A stretch of 42,872 nucleotides of DNA from Bdellovibrionota bacterium (GTDB lineage Bacteria; Bdellovibrionota_C; UBA2361; CAKMMH01): assembly GCA_050952645.1 (NCBI GenBank), contig JBMNLI010000006.1, forward strand, positions 1 to 42,872, in the 5' to 3' direction. The translations under genes and the position numbers were made by a program. The notes beneath the pieces are model-generated. The model did no database searches and was not told where the DNA came from. It saw only the letters and a list, made by a program, of their open reading frames with translations. Positions 1 to 9,451 of this stretch are shown piece after piece; within the stretch, counting starts at the first letter, position 1, and every line of letters starts with the position of its first letter.

Positions 1-1
1 A

Positions 2-154
2 ACCGTTTCAGATGATCTTACTACGCTTAAAGGTTGGTGGAAAAATAGACTTAGTAAAATTTTATTAGTCGCAACTATAACTAATCTATTTGGAACTGTT
101 GGAACTCTTCTAGCAGGCTCTGCCGTTTTAAAACAGTTTGTAGGAATGTTTTGA
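2..154 (+). CDS. C-terminal end of a TraB/GumN (pheromone shutdown-like) membrane protein, 5' truncated by the window edge
   Basis: Frame 2 reads TVSDDLTTLKGWWKNRLSKILLVATITNLFGTVGTLLAG...*, matching the remembered TraB-family C-terminal pattern (DDl.t.kG.wkNr..riLLV...tNlg..iGt). Confidence 0.65.
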   Translation, partial: TVSDDLTTLKGWWKNRLSKILLVATITNLFGTVGTLLAGSAVLKQFVGMF

Positions 155-310
155 TTGAGGAGACCTAAGTTTTATAATCTTTTAGTATATAGAATTTTTA
201 AAATTTTATATAAGAAAATAACGGTGTTATATTTTCTCTTGTCTTAATAATTTATTCGGTGTTTACTTAATCTAATAGAATATTTTGTTAAAAGTTTATT
301 TAAAGGAGCA

Positions 311-1618
311 ATGTTTTTGGAAGATAAAAATGTGGAATATAAAACTGATATTCCTAAAAAACATAACGCATTAAAGGCCGAAATTGTTTCTTTCTTAAAC
401 TCCGAAGGTGGAACAATATATTTAGGAGCAAATGAAAACGGTGAGTTTTAGAAGAAATGCTTAAGTTTTATTCAAGCTAGGAAGAAATACTATCTAATTG
501 GATAAAAGATGCTTTTTCTGAAAATGTTTACAAACTAGTTACTTTATATCCAAATGAAAAACCGTTTAGAATAGATATAAAAAAGGGGGAAAATAAACCT
601 TATTTTATAAAGATGGCGAGGGATTTAATTCAAAAGGAGTTTATATAAGAATTGGAAGTACAAAAAGGGTAGCTAGTTTTGATGAGCTACAAAGGATGAT
701 GCGCCAAACTAAGGCTCATAAATTTGAAAGATTAAAATCAGATAAAGAAAATTTAAGTTTTAAATACGTAATAAATAAATTTAAAGAAAAAGGGTTAAAT
801 TTTGATTTATACGCCTTAGGGTTATTAACGCAAGAAAATGAATATAATAACGCTGCTTTATTTTTAAGTGATCAGAATCCGACGATTTGCAAATTCGCAG
901 TTTTCCAAGGGTTAGATGTCCAAATTTTTTTAGATAAGAAAGAGTTTAAAGGCTCAATAATGAAGCAGTTAGATGAAATTTTATATTTTGCTAGTTTATT
1001 AAATAAGAAAAAAATTTTAATAAGTGGAAAACCACAGAGAGAAGAAATACTAGACTACCCAGAAATGGCGTTAAGAGAAGCGATAGTAAATTGTTTTTGT
1101 CATAGAGATTGGACACTAAGTGGAGACATAAAAATTGAGTTTTTTGATGATAGGGTTCAAATTTTTTCTCCTGGTAGTTTGTCAGGTGGATTAACTTTTG
1201 AAAATATTAAACAAGGAATGGTGGCAAAAAGAAATCCAATTATAGTCAATGTTTTAGATAAAGTGGACTATATAGAAAATTATGCTACAGGTATAAGACG
1301 TATTTTTTAGATTATAAAGGGTTTACAAAGTCCCCAGATTTTTATATTTCCGAAAATGGTGTTATCGTTACGTTGTTTAATAGAAATTATGTATCCAAAA
1401 ATGATGGTGAAAATGATGGTGAAAAGTTAAAGTCGCAAGCAAGACGAGAAATGATTATAGAGTTAATTAAAAAAGATAAAAAAGTTACTACTAAAGAAAT
1501 GAGTATTGTTTTTAAAGTTTCTAAACCAACTATAGAAAGTGATATAGCTAAACTTAGAAAGGAAAATAAGTTAAAATTTGTAGGTAGCACAAAAAGCGGA
1601 TATTGGATTTTGCTTTAA
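311..1618 (+). pseudogene. Disrupted AlbA_2/Schlafen-like + HATPase_c_4 (RecG C-terminal-like) + HTH protein
   Basis: SD AAAGGAG, then MFLEDKNVEYKTDIPKK..AEIVSFLNSEGGTIYLGANENG (AlbA_2), GVYIRIGST, YPEMALREAIVNCFCHRDW..KIEFFDDRVQIFSPG..RNPIIVNVL..IENYATGIRRI, and a C-terminal HTH ending GSTKSGYW. Broken by frameshifts near 446, 606 and 1308 and an in-frame TAG at 478-480. Confidence 0.85.
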
Positions 1619-1684
1619 ATAAATTTTTAAATAATATCTAAATTTAATAATAATTATTTGCAAAAAACTTTTAATTATATTCTT

Positions 1685-3277
1685 TTACGCCTCATCTAAA
1701 GATATTTCGATAGGAACTCCTCCTTTTAGTGCTGGCAATCTTTGGTTTAATATGCTTACAACGTTTCTAAAGATTCTTCTTGCCTCAAAAGTAAGTGATT
1801 TTTCGCCACAGTCTGCATACAATGAAACTGGGGTAGAGTGATTCACATCTATCGGCGCAATAGCAAAAGATTTGCTCTTATACGGTGATTGAGAACTCGC
1901 TTTATTTCCAAAAGATTGAATGTTAGTAAATTGTTGAGAAAGTGGAGATAAAAGATCCGTTATCGCAAGCTTCTGTCCATTCTCAACCGGTCCCCTAGCA
2001 CAAACCACTAGAGCATCTTCCTTATCATCAGATACTACTATTATACATGCTTTTTCAAAAGGCCCCTTATCTATTAGAATATCTAAAACTGTCGTTACCG
2101 CCTCCTCACTAGTTTCTATTTTATCTAAGACGATCTCGGTTTTTCTTAATAACTTATTAGATTCTTCTGAGTATGTGTCGACTGGTGTGGTAATAGTAAG
2201 CTCTGAGAAATCTTTTCTTGCTTCCTTAGGCTCATCTTGCGCTTGTTTAAGCTTAAACTTATCCTTTCTTTCTGCCCCTAATAATTGATTTAATTCATCT
2301 TCAAACGAAAAATCTATAATCGTCTTAGAGCCGTCTTGATACAATCCACTTTCCGTTTCATCTTCATCGAAAAAATCACCTTCAAATGTAAACTTTTGTT
2401 TGTTCATATTTAAAAGCTGGTTCGATATAAAATAACCTGCCGACCTTTCGTATATTTTTTTATATTGATGCTCAGTTAAAGGCAATGCTCTTATAGGACT
2501 TTTAGCTGGTAATGTTTGCCCTGGAGCTAGCTTCCCCCATTTACCAGAGTCAAAATATTCTATAAATTCAAATGCTGACCAAACGATAGACTTAAGTGTA
2601 GACCTATTAATATCGTTTCTTATTTGTTCATTTCTATCTAATCCTATAACGAGCGTATCTGGCATGCCTAACTTTTTTAAGTAATTTATAGTTGCTTCAT
2701 CAGTATCGATTTTAAAATCTTTGCTTAGTTTAAATTTTAAAGATACTGGGGAGTTGTTTTCTGCTAATTCCACAAACTCTTCTTCTAAATGTAATAAGGC
2801 TATAATATTTCCTAAATATAAAAATAAGCCTGAAAGTAGACATTCTTCTTGTATATTTTTATTTAATGTTTCTGCAAACATTCTTGCTATAATAGATGCT
2901 CTTTTACTTTTATCACGATATATATTTAAAAAACCTAAAACCTTTTCATCTTCTGGTTCCTTTCTGCTTTTTAATCCCGATAAAATTGAGGTAATGGTGT
3001 CGCTTCCTAATCTAGTTATCGCTAATTTTACGGAAGATATAGTCGCTTTTCCACCAGCAAAAAAAGTGGCATTAGCATTTCTTATTATTTCAATCGCAAG
3101 GGCGAGGTCTTGTGAAATGCAAATAGCGAGGTTTTCCATTCTAGTGTTTTTATCTCCGATTAATCTTATACTTTCTTGCAATATATCTGGGCTAATCGGA
3201 ATAACCGTATTTAACAATGGTATTTTTTTTGTAGGTGCCATTATATAACTTATCCTTTTTGCATTTAAATTTTGCAT
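1685..3277 (-). CDS. HDOD domain protein with C-terminal GAF-like region
   Basis: N-terminal ISQDLALAIEIIRNANA..ISSVKLAITRLG..LLSGLFLYLG is a degenerate HDOD signature; acidic linker; the C-terminal alpha/beta region is GAF-like by inference. Confidence 0.75.
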   Translation of the reverse strand: MQNLNAKRISYIMAPTKKIPLLNTVIPISPDILQESIRLIGDKNTRMENLAICISQDLALAIEIIRNANATFFAGGKATISSVKLAITRLGSDTITSILSGLKSRKEPEDEKVLGFLNIYRDKSKRASIIARMFAETLNKNIQEECLLSGLFLYLGNIIALLHLEEEFVELAENNSPVSLKFKLSKDFKIDTDEATINYLKKLGMPDTLVIGLDRNEQIRNDINRSTLKSIVWSAFEFIEYFDSGKWGKLAPGQTLPAKSPIRALPLTEHQYKKIYERSAGYFISNQLLNMNKQKFTFEGDFFDEDETESGLYQDGSKTIIDFSFEDELNQLLGAERKDKFKLKQAQDEPKEARKDFSELTITTPVDTYSEESNKLLRKTEIVLDKIETSEEAVTTVLDILIDKGPFEKACIIVVSDDKEDALVVCARGPVENGQKLAITDLLSPLSQQFTNIQSFGNKASSQSPYKSKSFAIAPIDVNHSTPVSLYADCGEKSLTFEARRIFRNVVSILNQRLPALKGGVPIEISLDEA

Positions 3278-3335
3278 TTAAATTTTGCTTCTAATTTTTG
3301 CTTTTAATTTTTTAAGTGCAATTTATAAAAAATAT

Positions 3336-3409
3336 AGTTCATTGCGTTTTTTTGTGGGATTTTATGCTAATCTTAATGGCTTAACGCCTCCCTTAAACGC
3401 ATAAGAACT
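3336..3409. mobile_element. Degenerate short MITE-like palindrome (same family as 23218-25333)
   Basis: Left end AGTTCATTGCGTTTTTTTGTGGGATT resembles the family left TIR. Right end ...AAACGCATAAGAACT is its imperfect inverted complement. Flanks AAAAATAT / AAAAGCAT match 6 of 8. Confidence 0.5.
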
Positions 3410-3502
3410 AAAAGCATTATACCTTAAGTATCCTAAGTATAAACTTTCGACAACTTAAAGAAATTACTTAAGTTTTTTCTTAAATAATACGTTTTTATAA
3501 TT

Positions 3503-4135
3503 ATGAATAAAAAACATTATAAATTTATATTTTTATTAGTAGTTTTAAACGCTATTTTTGCTAGTAATCTTTATGCAAAAGCCATTTGCAAAGCACCAGT
3601 GTTCTATAAATGGAAAGTTGATACTAGTTTTAAAGAAAGAAATTTAGAAAATAATGTAGAAAATAAAGCAAAAGAAAATAAGAATACTAGTAAAAGCTCT
3701 AAACGAAATAATCTTAAATCTGATAGACTAAACTTAGATAAAGAAGAAGTGCGAGAAACTTACTGGGGAGTAGTCGTAGCCGAAGGGGAGAAAAAAGAAG
3801 ATGCTGAAAAAAATTTAAAATATATGATACTAGAAAAACAAGGAGATGTTTTATCCGAGTGTAAAAAAGAACATGGAAGTTATAGCGAATGTATTTCAAA
3901 TAAATATAAGAAACTAAAAACAGATTTAGAAGCAAGTAGTTTTACAGTAAGAAAGCAAATCGAAGATGCAATAAGGTTTGATTGCGAAAATCAAGTAGGA
4001 GATTGCATAGAAGTCGTAAAAAAAGATATTCTTTGTGAAGAAATAAAGGAAGAAATTAAAGAGGAAGAAGAAGATGTAGACAATAAAAATAAGAAAGGCA
4101 GAAAAGATCAAAAAAACGCTTCAAGAAAAAAATAG
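3503..4135 (+). CDS. Hypothetical exported Cys-containing protein
   Basis: Signal-peptide-like N-terminus ending NLYA, several Cys, K/E/N-rich low-complexity inserts. Confidence 0.7.
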   Translation: MNKKHYKFIFLLVVLNAIFASNLYAKAICKAPVFYKWKVDTSFKERNLENNVENKAKENKNTSKSSKRNNLKSDRLNLDKEEVRETYWGVVVAEGEKKEDAEKNLKYMILEKQGDVLSECKKEHGSYSECISNKYKKLKTDLEASSFTVRKQIEDAIRFDCENQVGDCIEVVKKDILCEEIKEEIKEEEEDVDNKNKKGRKDQKNASRKK

Positions 4136-4222
4136 AAGATAAAAATAGAAAATAAAGATAGAAGATAAAAAATAAGATAAAAAAAAAGACAAAGAAAAAG
4201 ATAAATAAAAAGATAAATAAAA
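4127..4222. repeat. Purine-rich degenerate short tandem repeats (AAAAATAGAAGAT / AAAAAGATAAAT-like)
   Basis: Visible reiteration directly after the stop of 3503-4135. Confidence 0.6.
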
Positions 4223-4298
4223 AGGCGAAAGATAGCCTATTTTTAAAAGATCTTCCATAGCATTTTTTATATCTCTTTGCTAAAATTAAGAAAGTTTA

Positions 4299-4406
4299 GT
4301 TTTTTTACGCGTTGTAGGGTGGGTTCTTAAAATTAGCATTACCCGACTTAAGAAGAAGCCTAAAAAAAAATAACTTTTTAAACCCCTTTAAAATGCGTGA
4401 AGAGCT
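4299..4406. mobile_element. 108-bp MITE with ISL3-like ends upstream of pgi
   Basis: Imperfect TIRs GTTTTTTTACGCGTTGTAGGGTGGGTT / AACCCCTTTAAAATGCGTGAAGAGCT; exact 8-bp direct repeat AAAGTTTA at 4291-4298 and 4407-4414. Confidence 0.75.
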
Positions 4407-4448
4407 AAAGTTTATTTTAGAAAAAGTTTCATCAAAAAGGAGATGTAA

Positions 4449-6041
4449 ATGAGTCGGAATTGGATCGAGTTTAAAGAAAATTTTTATTTTGATAATAAAA
4501 CTGAATTTTCATTAGATTTAGGAAATATCGGGATAAATAAAGATGTAAAAAAAGAGTATGCTGAAAAATTTGAAAAAGTATTTAAGGAAATGGAAGCCCT
4601 AGAAAAAGGTGGCATCGCAAACGTAGATGAAAATAGAATGGTAGGGCATTACTGGCTAAGACTTCCAAGCCTTGCCCCTAGCAGTGAGATAAAAGAAGAC
4701 ATAGAAAATGTTATAATCGATATAAAAAATTTTTCAAATAAGATTCATAGCGGAGCAATACTATCTTCTAAAAATGAAAAATTTGAATCACTACTTCTTA
4801 TAGGAATAGGTGGTTCTGCACTCGGCCCTCAATTTTTAAGTGATGCTCTATCTTCTAAAAATGATAAAATGCAAGTTTTCTTTTTTGATAATACAGACCC
4901 TGATGGAATGCAAAAAGTATTAGATAAAATTCCTAGTTTAGAAAAAACATTATGCATAGTTATTTCTAAATCTGGTGGAACGAAAGAAACGAGAAATGGA
5001 ATGCTTGTAGCTCAAAAAGCTTTTAAAGATAAAAATTTAGATTATACGAAACACTTTGTAGCAGTTACGAGCAAAGAAAGCGAATTAGATAAAGTAGCAA
5101 AAAAAGAAAATTGGATTAAAACTTTTCCAATGTGGGATTTTATAGGCGGAAGAACGAGCGAAACTAGCGTAGTAGGGCTTTTGCCAGCATCTTTGCAAGG
5201 CTTTGATATAGATGAATTTTTACAAGGCGCTTCATATATGGACGAACTTACTAGAAATAGCGTTTTAGAAGAAAATCCATCGGCACTTTTAGCGATGCTT
5301 TGGTGTGTAGCAGGAAATGGAAAAGGTGAAAAAGATATGGTAATTTTGCCGTATAAAGATAGACTCGAGCTATTTTCAAAATATTTACAACAACTAATTA
5401 TGGAAAGCCTTGGGAAAAAAGAAGATAGAGATGGTAATTTTGTTTATCAGGGAATTTCAGTTTATGGGAATAAAGGTTCTACTGACCAACATGCTTATAT
5501 TCAGCAATTAAGAGATGGATTAGATAACTTTTTTGCAACGTTTATTTCAGTTCTCGCTTCAAATAGCAAGGTGTCTACTAGCGATAAGATGTGCAAATTT
5601 CAGGTAGAGGACAATATAGATGCTGGGGATTATCTTTTTGGTTTTTTTCAAGGAACTCAAATCGCACTTGCCGAAGGTGGCAAACGCTACTGCACTATTA
5701 CTATAAAAGAGCTAAGTCCTTTTAGCGTCGGTATGCTTATAGCACTTTTTGAAAGAGCGGTCGGCTTTTATGCAAGTTTGATAAATATAAACGCTTACCA
5801 TCAACCAGGTGTTGAAGCTGGGAAAAAAGCTGCGGCTAAAATATTAGATTTAAAATTAAAGGTGCAGGAGCTTTTAAGTAAAGAAAGCACGCCTCAATCT
5901 CTAGACGATATCGCATTTAAATTAGAGCAAAACCAAAATATGGCAGTAGTATTTAGAATTTTACGCCACTTAGAAGCGAATAATAAAATTAAAGATGATG
6001 GCGCAGCTAAAATATTTGATAGAAAGTATACGGCAGTTTAA
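4449..6041 (+). CDS. pgi: Glucose-6-phosphate isomerase
   Basis: IGIGGSALGP, VISKSGGTKET, WDFIGGRTS, QQLIMESLGK, GSTDQHAYIQQL, INAYHQPGVEAGK; SD AAGGAG. Confidence 0.97.
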   Translation: MSRNWIEFKENFYFDNKTEFSLDLGNIGINKDVKKEYAEKFEKVFKEMEALEKGGIANVDENRMVGHYWLRLPSLAPSSEIKEDIENVIIDIKNFSNKIHSGAILSSKNEKFESLLLIGIGGSALGPQFLSDALSSKNDKMQVFFFDNTDPDGMQKVLDKIPSLEKTLCIVISKSGGTKETRNGMLVAQKAFKDKNLDYTKHFVAVTSKESELDKVAKKENWIKTFPMWDFIGGRTSETSVVGLLPASLQGFDIDEFLQGASYMDELTRNSVLEENPSALLAMLWCVAGNGKGEKDMVILPYKDRLELFSKYLQQLIMESLGKKEDRDGNFVYQGISVYGNKGSTDQHAYIQQLRDGLDNFFATFISVLASNSKVSTSDKMCKFQVEDNIDAGDYLFGFFQGTQIALAEGGKRYCTITIKELSPFSVGMLIALFERAVGFYASLININAYHQPGVEAGKKAAAKILDLKLKVQELLSKESTPQSLDDIAFKLEQNQNMAVVFRILRHLEANNKIKDDGAAKIFDRKYTAV

Positions 6042-6173
6042 AAAATAAAAAAGTCATATCTATTGTAATTTTGTTTAAAACGTGCATTCTATAACAGCGT
6101 TTGGCGTCCTACATTAGTAGGAAACCAATTTCAAAGGGAATCGTATTAGGAAAGGTTTATCAAAGGTTTAAAA

Positions 6174-6793
6174 ATGGAAAAGGAAATTGTGTATGCGATT
6201 TGTGCTCCTAGATTTTTTGATGAGAAAGAAAATTTTCTTAAAAATCCTCTGACCCTGAGGCTATCAAAATTACTAGCCTTGAAGAGGCTATCAAATATTT
6301 TGGCGAACCGATGGGAACGTATTATATGCTTAAAAAGTTTAGGGTCGAGGAGTTGGGAAGAAATTTTTATTGGGATCATGTTGATTTTCAACATGGTGCT
6401 GAAAGGAGACGCTTAAGAGTTTGGTCTTACTCACTTTCTGGCAGAGGATTTTATCATTATGGTAGTCCAACAGAAAAAGAGTTTTATGACAAATATGAAA
6501 AATTGCCAGTGTGTGAAAATACTCCTACTAATTAAGATGGTATTTTTTGGTATTATGAAGAAAAGCTTTATCACATTTGGAATTTAAACTCCACAATACT
6601 CAAGCCTGATATTGTGTTTAAATTTTATGGGTTTGAAATTGGCTCATGGAGGACACTAGTTTTGAAGAGTTTTGAATATATCCCTGAAATTAACTCTGAT
6701 TGTCCTTATCTTGCGATAGGTGAAGTTGAAACTTCTTTTTATACTAAAAAGGAGTTTGAAACTAATTTTAGGCGAATCAAATTCCAACTTTAA
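6174..6793 (+). pseudogene. Disrupted hypothetical protein (about 200 aa when joined)
   Basis: ORF 6174 joins the 6311 frame through one frameshift near 6245 (..SDPEAIKITSLEEAIKYFGEPMGTYY..). That frame stays open past a single TAA (6533-6535) as DGIFWYYEEK...RRIKFQL* to 6793. Confidence 0.65.
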
Positions 6794-6922
6794 GCACCGC
6801 TTAGAAATCGTTTAAGACCTTAAGCCCCGAGTCTTTCTAGACTTACTTAGCCTAGTTAGACTTTTGCTTTTAGGTCTTTTTTTATTTTTATTTATATTTA
6901 TATTTATATTTTCTTTTAAGCC

Positions 6923-9451
6923 TTAACGCTCTCTAAAATAAATTCCAGCTAAAAAAGAGATAAGGCTTAATATTAAAAATAGGGTGCTTAAGTCTTTCTT
7001 CTCAGAGCTTTTAAAGTTTTTTTCTAAATCATTTTTAGTAGGATTTATCTTTCCTCGATGTTTTGTAGCTAGAGTGTTTAATATACTCATATTCGCAGAA
7101 AAATGTTTTTCTTCTAGCGTCTCATCGTAAGCTACATTAAGTACGATAGGAGAGGATTTTTTACCAAAATATTTTAACGCGGCTTTATATTCCCCAGCTT
7201 TAAGCGCTTCATGCTTTGCTCTAAAATGACCTAGCGCTAGTTTTTCTAAATCTAATTTTTTAATATCACCACTAGGAAGCGTTAGCTCAAATGATAACTC
7301 ATTAAAAGATATATTTTTAAAGACATTTATATCGAAAAAAAGTATGCCGTTTTTTATATAATAAAAACAATCGTAATCTAAAATATTATGCTCTTTTTTA
7401 AAATCATCTTGCAAAATATTATTTATAAGCTGTTCCCAAAAAATATAAATATTATCCCAAAGTATCCAATGCTTCGACCATCTGCCGTTCATATCAGTAG
7501 TAAAAGCTACCGTTTTCCCTTTGCCAATATTTCTACTTACTAAAAGAGGAATTTTATCTATAAAGTTTGTAGCGTAAAGTTCAACGCTCGCATCTTTTTT
7601 AGCATCTGTGTTTACTAACCCCTGTAAATCTGGATATTCACTAAAAGAAACGTTTATTAACTTGTTAGCTTCAACTTTAAAAATACTTTCTAAAACATCC
7701 TTGGAATCTTTTACAAATTTTAAATCTTTAATAAAAATATTTGGTAAACTTTCTTCATTATTAGCCTCGTAGTAATTTCCATTTCCAACCTTAGCCATTT
7801 CTTTTAAAAGTTTATCGTAAGTAGTGTTTCCAAGTAAAATTGTAGAAAGCGTGCTTCCTACCATACGAACGACGGTAGCGACATCACGAAATTTTTTTAC
7901 ATGCCCAGGGACTTGCCCATCGGTTAAAATAATTATATGTTTTTTGCCAGTCTTTATCTTGCTTAACATATTTATAGCATCATCTATGGCTGGCATTAAA
8001 TTAGTTCCACCAAAAGTTTTAATATTTTTTAGACTTTCTATCGCAAGCTTCCTTGTGTCTTTCATTTTATTTATAGGAAATATGGTAAATGAGTTCGTGT
8101 TGAACCCTATAATTCCTAAGTAATCTTCATTATTTAAATTCTTTATTAAATTTTCGCTAGCTATTTTTAAATATTCAATCTTTTTGCCATCTTCCATGCT
8201 TTGAGAATTATCTAAAATAATAACGACACCTAAATTAGCCCTTAAAATTTCTTTTTTAGGTTCATTAAAAGCTACTGGAAGAATATCCTCTATCTTAGTG
8301 CCACTGTAGCCTCCTAACCCAAAAGAGTTCTCTCCTCCTATCATTAGGAGCTTTCCTCCATTTAGAACGAAATCAGAAATCTTTTTATCATTGTTTCCCC
8401 CTAAACTTTTATAAGGAAAATTATTTAATATTATTAAAGAGTATTTATCTAAATTATCAAAAATCTCATTGCTAGCACCACTATAAATAGAGGTTAAACT
8501 AAAGCCTAAATTTTTAATAATCTCTTGCATAAAGTTTGCATCTAGCATAGAGGCGCTTAAAAGTAAAATTTCTTCTTTCTTTGTAGCCGTAATATAGAAC
8601 TCCTTTTTTTCTATTAAATTATTTGCATCATCTAACACTTTTACATCAATCTTATTTAAAGTTTTACTTAAATTATTAGTTAAGATATCTTTAGCAAGTA
8701 TATCATCTCGTTTAATAAAAACATTTTCGTTTAAAAACTCGATATCATTTTGAAAAACTTTTATTTTAAAATTCCTGTTTTTTATACCATTATTAGCAAT
8801 AAAAAGTTTAAACTCGCTTTTTTGATGTATCGTTCCCTTAGGGCTATAATTTATATTTAACGAGATATTATTTTTTGCATTACTCTTTTGATTTGAAAAA
8901 TCTGGAAGAAGAGGGAAAATCTTAGCACTAAAAATATTTTTTTCTACAAACTTTTCTAAATTATCTAGGCTTTCTAAACTGTCGATGCTTTCAAAGCCAT
9001 CAGTATATAAAATAATATCGCTATAGTTTTTTTCACTTAGTAATTTTTGAATATTATCTTTGATAAGAGTTTTGTTAAGGTTTAATGTAGCCCAAGTTTC
9101 TTTTAAGTCATGTGTGTTTTTAAGGTTTCCTAGCGAGATTGAGTAAGGCGTTATTTTTTCAGAAAATAAATAAATCTCATTTCCAAAATCGTATAATTTT
9201 TTAATTCTGTTATAAATATTCTCGCTTGGCATACTATTAGAAATATCGATTAAGAATGCTCTAGATGAATGCTCGGAAGTTTTTAAAACATAAGGCTTAG
9301 CAAGCGTAAAACATAGTAAACTTAAAGCTATCACTTTTAGAAAGTAAGCTTTTTTAGGAGTTAATTTTAAAACGTAAATTAGGCTTATTAAAATAAGCGT
9401 GCATACTCCACAAGCAAAAAACAAATGTTGGTTTTCAAAAAATATATTCAT
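6923..9451 (-). CDS. Membrane-anchored VWA + GATase1-like domain protein (MoxR-associated type)
   Basis: N-terminal TM helices, MIDAS-like IDISNSM and LDNSQSM..GGTN..ILTDG, GATase-like LLMIGGENSFGLGGY..IEDILPV, C-terminal TM. Confidence 0.85.
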   Translation of the reverse strand: MNIFFENQHLFFACGVCTLILISLIYVLKLTPKKAYFLKVIALSLLCFTLAKPYVLKTSEHSSRAFLIDISNSMPSENIYNRIKKLYDFGNEIYLFSEKITPYSISLGNLKNTHDLKETWATLNLNKTLIKDNIQKLLSEKNYSDIILYTDGFESIDSLESLDNLEKFVEKNIFSAKIFPLLPDFSNQKSNAKNNISLNINYSPKGTIHQKSEFKLFIANNGIKNRNFKIKVFQNDIEFLNENVFIKRDDILAKDILTNNLSKTLNKIDVKVLDDANNLIEKKEFYITATKKEEILLLSASMLDANFMQEIIKNLGFSLTSIYSGASNEIFDNLDKYSLIILNNFPYKSLGGNNDKKISDFVLNGGKLLMIGGENSFGLGGYSGTKIEDILPVAFNEPKKEILRANLGVVIILDNSQSMEDGKKIEYLKIASENLIKNLNNEDYLGIIGFNTNSFTIFPINKMKDTRKLAIESLKNIKTFGGTNLMPAIDDAINMLSKIKTGKKHIIILTDGQVPGHVKKFRDVATVVRMVGSTLSTILLGNTTYDKLLKEMAKVGNGNYYEANNEESLPNIFIKDLKFVKDSKDVLESIFKVEANKLINVSFSEYPDLQGLVNTDAKKDASVELYATNFIDKIPLLVSRNIGKGKTVAFTTDMNGRWSKHWILWDNIYIFWEQLINNILQDDFKKEHNILDYDCFYYIKNGILFFDINVFKNISFNELSFELTLPSGDIKKLDLEKLALGHFRAKHEALKAGEYKAALKYFGKKSSPIVLNVAYDETLEEKHFSANMSILNTLATKHRGKINPTKNDLEKNFKSSEKKDLSTLFLILSLISFLAGIYFRER

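Noticed and set aside
6782..6861. Possible attC after the orphan gene (TTCCAAC...GTTAGAC)
   Set aside because: Cores pair poorly and there are no complementary L boxes.
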